Below, one piece after another: positions 19,519 to 28,414 of a stretch of 38,737 nt of DNA. The translations under genes were made by a program, and so were the position numbers. Each line of letters begins with the position of its first letter. Position 1 is the first letter of the stretch. The stretch spans positions 1 to 38,737 of the forward strand of contig SDNY01000021.1 in NCBI GenBank assembly GCA_004524535.1, given 5' to 3'. This DNA comes from Promethearchaeota archaeon. Lineage in GTDB: Archaea > Asgardarchaeota > Lokiarchaeia > Sigyniarchaeales > SOKP01. A model generated the notes under the pieces. It had not been told where the DNA came from, made no database searches, and was given only the letters and a program-made list of their open reading frames with translations.

Positions 19519-20808
19519 TTATTTTACTTCGCTTAACTCTACTCCCTTGGTCTCTTTTAAGAATAAGTAGTTTATTGGTATTAGCACGAACAAAATGATT
19601 ACAAAAACAATAAATGTGGTAGCTAAACCGACAATTAATATAACTGCACTGCTTAATAATAATCCAAATGTTCCACCAATAGAGGCAAATACACTTCTTA
19701 ATCCTAATCCTGATCCTCTTCTCTCAGTGGGCAAAAGTTCTAGGGCTGAAAGTCTAAGCATTCCAAATAGACCCCAATAAGAAATATGAGTAGTAGCGTA
19801 TCCTATTTGAACTAGAATGAACGCATAGTTAGGATTTTGAGCTCCAAAAACCCATAGTATAACAGATGTAGGAAGGGATATTGACCATAGATAAATTAAA
19901 GGTTTCCTTCCCAATCGATCGGATAGTATGCCATTTGCTAAATATGCTATTATAACAGCAAAAACAGTCCATAGAAAAATGATTGATATTTGAATTTGGC
20001 TCAATGTAGCTAAGTCGGATACATATTTCTCGAAAAGGAGCATATAGACAGCAGTAAACCCGAAGATTAGGCTCATGATTAGGATGGCTGTGTAAGATTT
20101 ACGATTTTCTGTTTGAAAAATAGCTTTTATATCTTCTTTAAATGATTTTTTTTTCTTTAGAGTCCCATCTTCTTTCATTAACTGATATTTTGATGATTCT
20201 TTCAGAGTCAAAAGGATAAATATGCTTAATGGAACCCCTATAATTATAGGAAAAAGCATCATTGCCCTCCAATTCGAAGCTGTATCTGTTATAAAAATAG
20301 AACGCAAAATCACCATTATAAATGCACCAATTAATCCAGCCAATAAAATAATATTCGTGTAGAACGCGCGCTTCTTTTTATCGGACTCTTCATTGATATA
20401 AATTAACCATACATCTGAACGCTGAAAAAAACCGAGGAGGAGCGCTAATATTACATACATAATATAAGTCGTAGATAGTATTATTAAAAAACATGTGGCT
20501 CCCATACCTAAAACTGTAATGGCAAGCATTATTTTACGACCTAATTTATCTGTGAGATATTGACTAAAAAAGATCAAATATGCTCCAATAGAAGATATGC
20601 CTGCTCCTAGAGCCAGTATAGCATTCTGTTCGTTTTCAGTGTATTCACCTAAAAATTCTTTAGCGATTTGAGAAGGGATAGCACCTAGCACCACTGTACA
20701 GTAGGTATCTACTATTTGTACTAGCATTAATACAACAATTAAAAATATGAAGTAAGCTCTTGTTATTGAGATTTCTTTTGAAATATCAGTATTATTTTTT
20801 TCAGACAT
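19519..20808 (-). CDS. MFS transporter
   Basis: LTDKLGRK, LSDRLGRK and ELLPTERRGSG motifs, LKETKG at the C-terminus, ~12 TM. Confidence 0.88.
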   Translation of the reverse strand: MSEKNNTDISKEISITRAYFIFLIVVLMLVQIVDTYCTVVLGAIPSQIAKEFLGEYTENEQNAILALGAGISSIGAYLIFFSQYLTDKLGRKIMLAITVLGMGATCFLIILSTTYIMYVILALLLGFFQRSDVWLIYINEESDKKKRAFYTNIILLAGLIGAFIMVILRSIFITDTASNWRAMMLFPIIIGVPLSIFILLTLKESSKYQLMKEDGTLKKKKSFKEDIKAIFQTENRKSYTAILIMSLIFGFTAVYMLLFEKYVSDLATLSQIQISIIFLWTVFAVIIAYLANGILSDRLGRKPLIYLWSISLPTSVILWVFGAQNPNYAFILVQIGYATTHISYWGLFGMLRLSALELLPTERRGSGLGLRSVFASIGGTFGLLLSSAVILIVGLATTFIVFVIILFVLIPINYLFLKETKGVELSEVK

Positions 20809-20963
20809 AATTGATATATCTACCTATTTAATATATAAATCTTGCATTAGGATTAATATTGCCTAATTAATTTTAATTTAAAATTATAAAGGAATTTAAT
20901 ATGAGCGAAAAAGAAGTGAATTTAAAAAAGCGAAGCGATGAATTATTTGAAACAATTAAAAAA
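20795..20963 (+). repeat. Left copy of an imperfect direct repeat (MFS start, divergent promoter, first 21 codons of ilvD)
   Basis: Ungapped alignment to 23430..23598 at offset 2635; by hand count 13 mismatches in 20806-20865 and 4 in 20866-20963. Confidence 0.92.
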
Positions 20964-20969
20964 CTTTAA
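20901..20969 (+). pseudogene. Truncated 5' stub of ilvD (MSEKEVNLKKRSDELFETIKKL*)
   Basis: First 21 residues identical to the protein at 23536. Confidence 0.9.
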
Positions 20970-21036
20970 AAAATAAATATTTATAGAACGACAATATTAT
21001 AACAAATGTAATCAAGTAAAACAATGATAATTAATT

Positions 21037-21927
21037 ATGTCAGAAAATTCATTTGATAAATTTAAATATGTATTAAAGGAAGATTTAAAATCTTATCTCA
21101 ATGGTTTAAATGATTTAGATTTCGGATTTTGTAATATTTTAAGTAATCGTATAATGACTAATTCACTAATCTTAAACTCTAAGATTAATGCACTATTGGG
21201 AGCAGTTTTAAAAGAAATAACTTACGAATTTAGATTTTATAAAGAAGATGTAAATTTAAAAAGAGGTTTAAGAAAACTGAAAAAAATCCTAAATAATTAC
21301 ATCTCTGATAAATATGATTTAGATGCAAAAATGATTATGGAAGATTATCAAGATTATTATAATGAATTTAGGGATTTAATAAAAGTTGAACGAGAAATCT
21401 ATAAAGACAATCCAGAGTTTTCTCAATTTTCAATTAATTTTTGTCTTGAATTCTATATTAAAGAATTAAACTTTAATGATACCCCAGTTAATTTAGATGT
21501 TCTAGTTTTTGGAGTTCTTAATGAACTTAATAGGGTTATTAAAAGTCATGGTTCAACTTCTAAACAGTTGATGCTAAAAATCATTCTAAATTCTTTTGGT
21601 AGAATGCATGAATACTTTAGAATCTATCTACAATATGAAGAAGAAAAAATAAAGAGATGGAAAGAATCATATGATAAATTTAAGAAAAACTTATTAGATA
21701 ATCTAGAAAGATTTAATGATGATAAAGATTATATAGAAAACAGTATTGATTTTTTATTTGAGATTTGTAAAGAATGGAGATATATGTTTATTAGAATGTT
21801 GGAGATTCCAAAAATTTCAACTTCTGTTGTAGAAAAACAAACTACGGTTCCGAAAAAGGTAAAGGAAGATTTAGATGAAATAGTTTCAGAATTAATAGAC
21901 TCAAAACTAGAAGATAAAAAAGAATGA
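21037..21927 (+). CDS. Hypothetical protein, probably all-alpha (cassette gene 1)
   Basis: 296-aa ORF; ATGA overlap with the next gene; no motif recognised. Confidence 0.75.
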   Translation: MSENSFDKFKYVLKEDLKSYLNGLNDLDFGFCNILSNRIMTNSLILNSKINALLGAVLKEITYEFRFYKEDVNLKRGLRKLKKILNNYISDKYDLDAKMIMEDYQDYYNEFRDLIKVEREIYKDNPEFSQFSINFCLEFYIKELNFNDTPVNLDVLVFGVLNELNRVIKSHGSTSKQLMLKIILNSFGRMHEYFRIYLQYEEEKIKRWKESYDKFKKNLLDNLERFNDDKDYIENSIDFLFEICKEWRYMFIRMLEIPKISTSVVEKQTTVPKKVKEDLDEIVSELIDSKLEDKKE

Positions 21928-22952
21928 CTGAAAAGATAAAGAAATCTTTTGATTTTAAAAATATTTTAGTTGAGATCGAAAAATTTAATCCCCATTGTAC
22001 TCGAGAGGAAATTATCAAATCTATAGGGAGTCACATCACAGATATTTATTATACGAGAGTCAATGAGCTTGGATTAAAAGATAAGTTAGATCGGTTTGCC
22101 CGAAAAAAATTATTATTACAGAGAAGTAGACAAGCTAAAAAAGCTCAAGTATTGACGGACTCTAAAATAAAAAAGGATGAAATGATTTCAGAATATAAAG
22201 GGATTAAGTCAATACTAACAGGCTTATCAAAATCCTATGCTTATAACAATGCATATTTTGATACAAGAGAAATTGATAAATTTAGCGATTCTGACTCATC
22301 AGATTTCATGATTAATGGAGAGTCTGTAAATCTATTGAAGGATAAAGATGACTTACTACAAGCTAGTTTTAAACCCAAGTTAGAAGAAGATCTTAAAAAT
22401 ATTGACAGAGAGTCTAAAAGCAGTAATTCATTAATTAAAGAAGATATCGAATTATATGATCAAACAGTTGTAATTGAAGGATTAGAAACAGAACCACTTT
22501 TTCCACTTGAAGATGAAGATGTTTCCTTAATTGATAATTTTGATGAATCGTTCTTTTTCAATAATAGACAATATCAAACTTTAAAGGATGAAATTTATAA
22601 TTCAAGAAAACATATTTTAAGTTTAGGGGAAAATTGGAATGGAGAAGGGAGTAAAGCGTTTAACCTTGAAGTCTGGAGGTTTGCTTCAGATTTTTTAATT
22701 AATTTCTTTTACAAATTTAATTTAAGACATTCATTAAATCTAAAAGTTCCTAATATTTTACCAGTTGGAGATTTAAGTATTGACATTCATTGGAAAACTG
22801 AAGAAATGGAATTAACAATCAATTTTTCTGAAGAGTTCTTAAATTTACCCAGTTTTTATGGAAAGGATAATAAAAATAATGAAATCCAAGGAATTATTGA
22901 TATTGATAAAATTCATACTGTGATTTTTCCATGGTTAAAAAACTTCCGTTAA
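21924..22952 (+). CDS. Hypothetical protein with acidic middle and a C-terminal NWxGEG...P.I.P.GD.SIDIHW domain (putative antitoxin/partner; cassette gene 2)
   Basis: 342-aa ORF; overlaps both neighbours; C-terminal pattern resembles an uncharacterised family I recall upstream of ART-like genes. Confidence 0.6.
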   Translation: MTEKIKKSFDFKNILVEIEKFNPHCTREEIIKSIGSHITDIYYTRVNELGLKDKLDRFARKKLLLQRSRQAKKAQVLTDSKIKKDEMISEYKGIKSILTGLSKSYAYNNAYFDTREIDKFSDSDSSDFMINGESVNLLKDKDDLLQASFKPKLEEDLKNIDRESKSSNSLIKEDIELYDQTVVIEGLETEPLFPLEDEDVSLIDNFDESFFFNNRQYQTLKDEIYNSRKHILSLGENWNGEGSKAFNLEVWRFASDFLINFFYKFNLRHSLNLKVPNILPVGDLSIDIHWKTEEMELTINFSEEFLNLPSFYGKDNKNNEIQGIIDIDKIHTVIFPWLKNFR

Positions 22953-23353
22953 AAGTCAAAAATCTTCCAAATATGGATTTTTTATTCAGAAATTTCAACC
23001 TTAAACTAATTGTTAAACCTAGGGGATACAATGCTCATGAAGTGCCAATAAATGCTTTTAGGGATGAAAATGGAGATGGAATATCTACCGCTTGGGAAAA
23101 ATACTGTAGTGCAAAAAAGTTAAGACGATTAGCAAGGGTACCTAAATTTAATGGAGTAATTAAAATGAATGCTGGAAACATTCGTAAGATTCCCTCCTTA
23201 GAGGTTGTCCATAATCCAACAATGAGAAATTAAGGTCATTCTCTAATAAAAGGATTACCTAATAATCGAGCAGAAAGATTAAAAATAAGAAGCAAATTAA
23301 AAAATATTGCTAAATGGGTAATACCTCTAAATATGGATTTGATTGAATCTTAA
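22931..23353 (+). pseudogene. Putative ADP-ribosyltransferase/RES-like toxin interrupted by an in-frame TAA at 23231-23233 (cassette gene 3)
   Basis: LFR...P..AF...GIS..W...GVI...V.H.P..N*GH..I.G pattern; frame continues 39 codons past the stop to TAA at 23351-23353. Confidence 0.6.
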
Positions 23354-23429
23354 TATAAAATCTAATTAATAATTTGAACGATATTTCACAATTTTCTCGG
23401 TTTAATAATAGCCATTTATTAAATATGCT

Positions 23430-23598
23430 TTTTTTTCAACCATAATTCATATATCTATTTATTTATTATATAAATATTACATTTGAAGTATTATTGTTTT
23501 ATTAATTTTAAATTAAAATTATAAAGGAATTTAATATGAGCGAAAAAGAAGTGAATTTAAAAAAGCGGAGCGATGAATTATTCGAGACAATTAAAAAA
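23430..23598 (+). repeat. Right copy of the direct repeat (MFS stub MVEKK on the - strand, promoter, functional ilvD start)
   Basis: Ungapped match to 20795..20963. Confidence 0.92.
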
Positions 23599-25206
23599 AC
23601 ACCATTTGTATATGCCACCTTAGGGATTATTAGCGGGTTAGGTTTAGAAGAAAAAGAGATTTATAATAAACCTTTCATCGGAATTGTGAACACTTGGAAC
23701 GAAATCAATCCCGGGCATATGCATCTACGTTCTTTAGCCGAGGCTGTTAAGCTTGGTATTGCTGAGGCAGGGGGGATTCCACTTGAATTTAATACTATTG
23801 CACCTTGTGACGGATGGGGTAATGCAAATGTAGGCATGCGTTTTATACTTCCTCAGAGAGAAATAATTGCCGATTCTATTGAAGCCATGGTTGAGGCACA
23901 TCGACTTGATGCTATAGTTACTCTTTCGAGTTGCGATAAAATTAATCCCGCCGTTCTAATGGCCGCTGTAAGGTTAGATATTCCCACCATTTGCGTGCCG
24001 GGAGGACCAAATCTATTTAAAGTTGCATTTTCCCCTGAATATAAAGGAATAGATGTAAAATGCTACGATGATTTCAAACAAAAACCAAGATGTATCTCAT
24101 GTGCTACTCCAGGCGCGTGCGAATTTATGGGTACTGCGAATACAACTCAAGCCTTGATGGAAGTTTTTGGAATGACGCTCCCAAATGCAGCTACAACTCC
24201 TGCATTTACACGCATGAAATATATAATTGCAAAGAATTCGGGAAGAAAAATTATGGATTTACTTAAAAAAGGAATAACTCCTTCGCAGATAATGACTGAA
24301 AAGTCTTTAGAAAACGTTATGATTGCTGATGCTGCTATTGGAGGGTCCACAAATGCGACATTACATATTCCCGCAATAGCCCACGAAATGGGTTTGGATT
24401 TTGATATAGAAATTTTTAACGAGTATAGTAAAAAGATTCCTATGATTGTAAATGTGTCACCTTCAGGTGAATATGGGGTTGTAGATCTCTATAATGCTGG
24501 AGGAATTCCTGCTGTGTTAAATCGAATCAGGGATTATCTTAATTTAGATTGTATGACAGTTTCAGAAAAACCAATTGGTAAGCTAATTCGAAGAACTAAA
24601 GGTTTAGACGATAAGGTTATTAGGCCATTGGAAAACCCTGTGTATCCTGAAGGCGGAACCGTGATATTAAAAGGTAATTTAGCTCCTAAGTGTGCAGTTG
24701 TAAAACAATCTGCTGTTACTAATAGGAATATGTTGCAATTTGAGGGGCCTGCTAAAGTTTTTGATTCTGAAACTGACGCAATCAATGCTTTTGCTAAGCG
24801 AGAAATAAAAAATGGATCTGTTATTGTTGTTCGCTATGAAGGTCCAAAAGGAGGGCCCGGAATGCCTGAATTAGTTGGTTTAACAACCAATTTAATGTTG
24901 AGAAATGATATGAATGAGGTTGCCTTAATAACGGATGGTCGCTTTTCAGGAGCTACCCAAGGTCCTTGCATAGGACATCTATGCCCTGAAGCGTATGTGG
25001 GAGGACCGATAGCAGTTGTTCAAGATGGTGATATTATAAAAATTGACATACCTAATAGAACCCTTAATTTTGATGTATCCGATGATGAAATTAAGGAACG
25101 GTTTAAAAATTGGAAGCCATTTGAAAGAGATATTAAAAGTAGAGTATTATTAAAATATAGAAAATTGGTTACAGATTCATCTAAAGGCGCAATTTTAGAA
25201 TTTTAA
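23536..25206 (+). CDS. ilvD: IlvD/Edd family dehydratase (dihydroxy-acid or sugar-acid dehydratase)
   Basis: PCDG, CDK, GACEFMGTANT, GGSTN, GNLAP, RYEGPKGGPGMPE and TDGRFSG motifs. Confidence 0.9.
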   Translation: MSEKEVNLKKRSDELFETIKKTPFVYATLGIISGLGLEEKEIYNKPFIGIVNTWNEINPGHMHLRSLAEAVKLGIAEAGGIPLEFNTIAPCDGWGNANVGMRFILPQREIIADSIEAMVEAHRLDAIVTLSSCDKINPAVLMAAVRLDIPTICVPGGPNLFKVAFSPEYKGIDVKCYDDFKQKPRCISCATPGACEFMGTANTTQALMEVFGMTLPNAATTPAFTRMKYIIAKNSGRKIMDLLKKGITPSQIMTEKSLENVMIADAAIGGSTNATLHIPAIAHEMGLDFDIEIFNEYSKKIPMIVNVSPSGEYGVVDLYNAGGIPAVLNRIRDYLNLDCMTVSEKPIGKLIRRTKGLDDKVIRPLENPVYPEGGTVILKGNLAPKCAVVKQSAVTNRNMLQFEGPAKVFDSETDAINAFAKREIKNGSVIVVRYEGPKGGPGMPELVGLTTNLMLRNDMNEVALITDGRFSGATQGPCIGHLCPEAYVGGPIAVVQDGDIIKIDIPNRTLNFDVSDDEIKERFKNWKPFERDIKSRVLLKYRKLVTDSSKGAILEF

Positions 25207-25275
25207 ATATAAATTATTTTTAAAAAAATAGTAAAAAATAAAGAAAATATAAAAAAAAGACCTAAAAAATAAGGA

Positions 25276-25878
25276 TTATTTAACTTCTATTTTTTTAGTT
25301 TCCTTTTCTTCGAGTTCTCTCTTTGGTAAATCGAGTTTCAAAACTCCCTTCTCTAATGTAGCGTCAATTTTATCCTCGTCGATATTTTCAGGCAATTTAA
25401 AGGTTCTATAGTAGCTTGAACTACTGTATTCTTTTCTTACATAACCATCTGTCTTATCTTCATGCTCCTCCTTTTTCTCACCTTTAATTTCTAAACTTCC
25501 GTCGTGAATTTTAATCTCTAAATCACCTTTATCTAATCCGGGTAATTCAGCGGTCAAGTGATATCCCTCATCATCTTCGGTTACATTAGACAATGGTGTT
25601 CTAAAGAAACTATCTTCGTCGTCAAAAAGTTTCAAACTAAAAGGCTCAAATTCCCAACTAAAAGGGCTCCAAAACATATCACCAAACCATCTGGTTATAT
25701 CGTTAAAAAATCTGTCAGTACCTCTGAACAATGATAATGGTCGATATTTTCGTCTTAATTCGATTTTTCCTTCTTTTTGTTCCTCTTTAGGAGTTTCTTC
25801 TGTTTTTTTCTCTTCCTTATTTTCAGTATGTTCTTTTTCTTTTATTTCAACTGTTTTTTCTTCTTTTACATCTGACAT
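25276..25878 (-). CDS. Small heat shock protein (Hsp20/alpha-crystallin)
   Basis: AELPGL, IKGEK, YRTFKLPENID and ATLEKGVLKLDLPK motifs; ATG at 25878 has a GGAGGT SD (track start 25941 is unlikely). Confidence 0.92.
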   Translation of the reverse strand: MSDVKEEKTVEIKEKEHTENKEEKKTEETPKEEQKEGKIELRRKYRPLSLFRGTDRFFNDITRWFGDMFWSPFSWEFEPFSLKLFDDEDSFFRTPLSNVTEDDEGYHLTAELPGLDKGDLEIKIHDGSLEIKGEKKEEHEDKTDGYVRKEYSSSSYYRTFKLPENIDEDKIDATLEKGVLKLDLPKRELEEKETKKIEVK

Positions 25879-25914
25879 AAAATTTACCTCCATAATTGTA
25901 TTTTTTTGTTTGAA

Positions 25915-25933
25915 TGTCAACCATCGGTTGACA
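25915..25933. promoter_or_regulatory. Perfect inverted repeat TGTCAACC-atc-GGTTGACA; candidate heat-shock repressor operator or 5'UTR hairpin
   Basis: 8-bp arms; lies between a TTTAAATA TATA-like box (- strand, ~25962-25969) and the Hsp20 start. Confidence 0.6.
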
Positions 25934-26319
25934 ATCCTCAATTAACACATACAAAACTACCTATTTAAATGCTTTGTTTTTTGAAATTAAACCTTAGGCG
26001 GCTTGAAGTTATCAAAATTAAGATATAAAAAGTAATAGACTTTTGAAATATTTAATATTATAATCAAAAAACACTATTTATATATGCAAAAAGGGATGAT
26101 TTAGATAGAATTAATCTATGCTATAAGCATAATCTTCCATATTAATCGAATCAAATGAAGAGAATATAAGGAGATAAGACCAGAAATCATTCACATATGC
26201 TTCTAAGCTGGTAAATAACGCCCCCAGTAAAACCTACTTAACTGAAATAAAAGGGATAATTTAATATTTTTGTACTAATATATAAATAATATAAATACGA
26301 AAAGAATAAAGTGTATTTA

Positions 26320-26529
26320 ATGAAGACTCAAGAAAAAATTCAAAAATTTGAAGATGTTCAGGAACCAGACAATTTCTATATCATGTCTACAAATGATGAT
26401 CTTGTCTTAAAATCAAAAGAAGCGGCGGAACTTTTATTGAAAGATTTAGAAAATGTAGAATATAATGAAAAATTGGCTGATTTTTATTCAAATTTAAATA
26501 ATGAAATAATAGTTTTTACAAAAAAATAA
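26320..26529 (+). CDS. Small acidic protein, weakly DUF1778 (TacA/AtaR C-terminal)-like
   Basis: LVLKSKEAAELLLKDLENVEYNEKL resembles ITLTDEESENLIELMKRGPNEKA of 27083..27292. Confidence 0.45.
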   Translation: MKTQEKIQKFEDVQEPDNFYIMSTNDDLVLKSKEAAELLLKDLENVEYNEKLADFYSNLNNEIIVFTKK

Positions 26530-26574
26530 AATCTAATTGAGTAAATTTTAATTTTTAATCATGGCAATATTAAT

Positions 26575-27075
26575 TTAGATTAATAGATCAAGACCTAAAA
26601 TAAAGAAACCCTTACTTTGATGTAATAATTCAAAACCAAAAGATAATAAATATTTCATGATTGGATCTTCTTTTTTAACTTCTACAACTAAAAGACGGCA
26701 CCCAATAAAATCCTTTATATAATGACATCTCCCTCGTGCAAATAAAATCAGATCTCTTCCGAGATTATTCCCTCTATAATCATCGGCAATGGCAATTCTT
26801 CCTATTAATGCCGCAGGAACCTTTTGAATTCCAAATTTCTTCCCTTCTGCCAATCTTAACATATAATTAGATAGTGTTATGAAACCAACAACGGCTTTGT
26901 CTTTTCTGTTATAATAAAGGTATACTTTAGAAATAAGATTTTTTTCATTATACCTTGCTTTTTCGAGGAAGAATTCGTTTAATTCTTCACTTTCGCAATG
27001 AAACTTGCTTAGCTCGATATCATCCTTAAGCTCTATAATAATTAGGTTTTTTCTTATTGGATCTGACACTTTCAA
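26575..27075 (-). CDS. GNAT acetyltransferase toxin (AtaT/TacT-like)
   Basis: FHCESEELNEFF, VVGFITL, VPAALIGRIAI..YRGNNLG and GCRLLVVE motifs. Confidence 0.82.
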   Translation of the reverse strand: MKVSDPIRKNLIIIELKDDIELSKFHCESEELNEFFLEKARYNEKNLISKVYLYYNRKDKAVVGFITLSNYMLRLAEGKKFGIQKVPAALIGRIAIADDYRGNNLGRDLILFARGRCHYIKDFIGCRLLVVEVKKEDPIMKYLLSFGFELLHQSKGFFILGLDLLI

Positions 27076-27082
27076 TCAAAAA

Positions 27083-27292
27083 TTAAGTATGCTTTTTATG
27101 TATTATATCCTCATAAAATTTCAAAGCTTCTTCAGAAAAAATTTTAGCTTTTTCATTTGGCCCTCGTTTCATTAATTCTATGAGATTTTCTGATTCCTCA
27201 TCAGTTAAGGTTATATCTGTAAATTCTGAAGCACTTAGGCAAAAATCTATATCTTCTTTTCTAACTTTCCTATCTTTAGTTTTTTCAACCAT
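27083..27292 (-). CDS. Putative antitoxin, DUF1778 C-terminal-like
   Basis: Immediately upstream of the GNAT gene; ITLTDEESENLIELM..PNEK motif; GGAG SD before ATG 27292. Confidence 0.6.
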   Translation of the reverse strand: MVEKTKDRKVRKEDIDFCLSASEFTDITLTDEESENLIELMKRGPNEKAKIFSEEALKFYEDIIHKKHT

Positions 27293-27344
27293 AAAATTCT
27301 CCAACAAGATAATTTACTTCTTTCTAAACAAAATATAGTAATTA

Positions 27345-27660
27345 TTCCTTAAATCCTTTTTTATGATAACACCTTTAATTTGTATATTATCTTTATATTT
27401 TTCCCATCTATTTTTCCGATTGTTGGATTATCTGGATTTTGATTTAAATATCCATTGAATTATTTGTCTAGATCATTATATGGCACGTACACAGAACGCC
27501 GCTGATAACTATTTTGCCAGGCCCCTTATCTACTTAATATAATATTTTCAAATCATATTATTTGATATATTGGTCGTTTTGTTTGATGACTTCCCTAAAA
27601 TATGTCTCAATTGATTTCAATTCATCAATCGTTAAATAACCCGAACCATTTACCACTCGA
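27345..27660 (-). pseudogene. Possible decayed ORF of unknown identity
   Basis: Protein-like fragments broken by stops and a frameshift: RVVNGSGYLTIDELKSIETYFREVIKQNDQYIK*, VDKGPGKIVISGV, FNGYLNQNPDNPTIGKIDGKKYKDNIQIKGVII. Confidence 0.3.
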
Positions 27661-27681
27661 TTTTATATTGAATATAACGAT

Positions 27682-28350
27682 TCAATTCTTTACTCTATTT
27701 TTATAAATATTGAAAATTATCAATGCCACATAACCGAGTGCTGTTGAAACTGAAATCCATTCGAGTAATGGGGAATTAACCATAGATACCGTCAGAAGAA
27801 CGAATAAAAAATTGATGCCAGCGGCACTCCAACCGTAAATTGCGATAGGTTTCATAAAATCTTTATGAAACATTAAAGCAAGATTTGCCCCAACCAAAAC
27901 CCATAGATTAAACCAAAAAAAAAGACCAGACCAAATCATATGTGGGATTGAAAAATCTTGAGAAAACACACCAAGCATAATTAAGGCAAATGCAGAAAAA
28001 CATCCTAATATTTGAACTCCAATCACTGCGATTTTATGATAAATCTCTTCTCTATAAAATTTGTACATGCCGATATAAAATGGAAACAACGCACTTCCCG
28101 TTAAAATACAACCAAGATTATATAAAAAAGCGCCATTGGGATTATAACTTGAGGTTCCCAAATCGCTTAACCAATTATTCACAGGACTAAAGGGGGAAGG
28201 ATAGAACGCAAGTGAAATAAATGTAAAAGTATAGAAAAATCCGATTACTAAAATGCCTGGTATTACATGTATCAGCCATTTATTTAATTTCAATAAATTT
28301 ATTATTGAACTTGTTAATTTTTTTATAAAAAAATTAAATTTACTAATCAC
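27682..28350 (-). CDS. DUF998-like membrane protein (paralog of 15553..16251)
   Basis: NWLSDLG..NPNGAFLYNLGCI and LGVFS motifs, LLEW near the C-terminus; start uncertain. Confidence 0.7.
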   Translation of the reverse strand: MISKFNFFIKKLTSSIINLLKLNKWLIHVIPGILVIGFFYTFTFISLAFYPSPFSPVNNWLSDLGTSSYNPNGAFLYNLGCILTGSALFPFYIGMYKFYREEIYHKIAVIGVQILGCFSAFALIMLGVFSQDFSIPHMIWSGLFFWFNLWVLVGANLALMFHKDFMKPIAIYGWSAAGINFLFVLLTVSMVNSPLLEWISVSTALGYVALIIFNIYKNRVKN

Positions 28351-28414
28351 TATGTAAAGATAATTAATTTTAAGGTATAAAATTTATGAATTGCAAATTT
28401 AAGATAAATTCTAT

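Larger units (their letters stand above)
20964..23429 (+). mobile_element. Putative inserted three-gene cassette between direct repeats; no integrase or transposase seen
   Basis: Bounded by the ~160-bp duplication; contains only three overlapping co-oriented orphan genes. Confidence 0.6.

Noticed and set aside
23231-23233. Alternative genetic code explaining the in-frame TAA
   Set aside because: TAA is the ordinary terminator of most genes in this window
25879-25941. 21-aa N-terminal extension of Hsp20 in the ORF track
   Set aside because: A strong GGAGGT SD precedes ATG 25878, and the extension overlaps the palindrome and probable transcription start
26041-26300. Possible gene remnant between Hsp20 and the small ORF
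   Set aside because: Only short stop-riddled fragments with no recognisable motif
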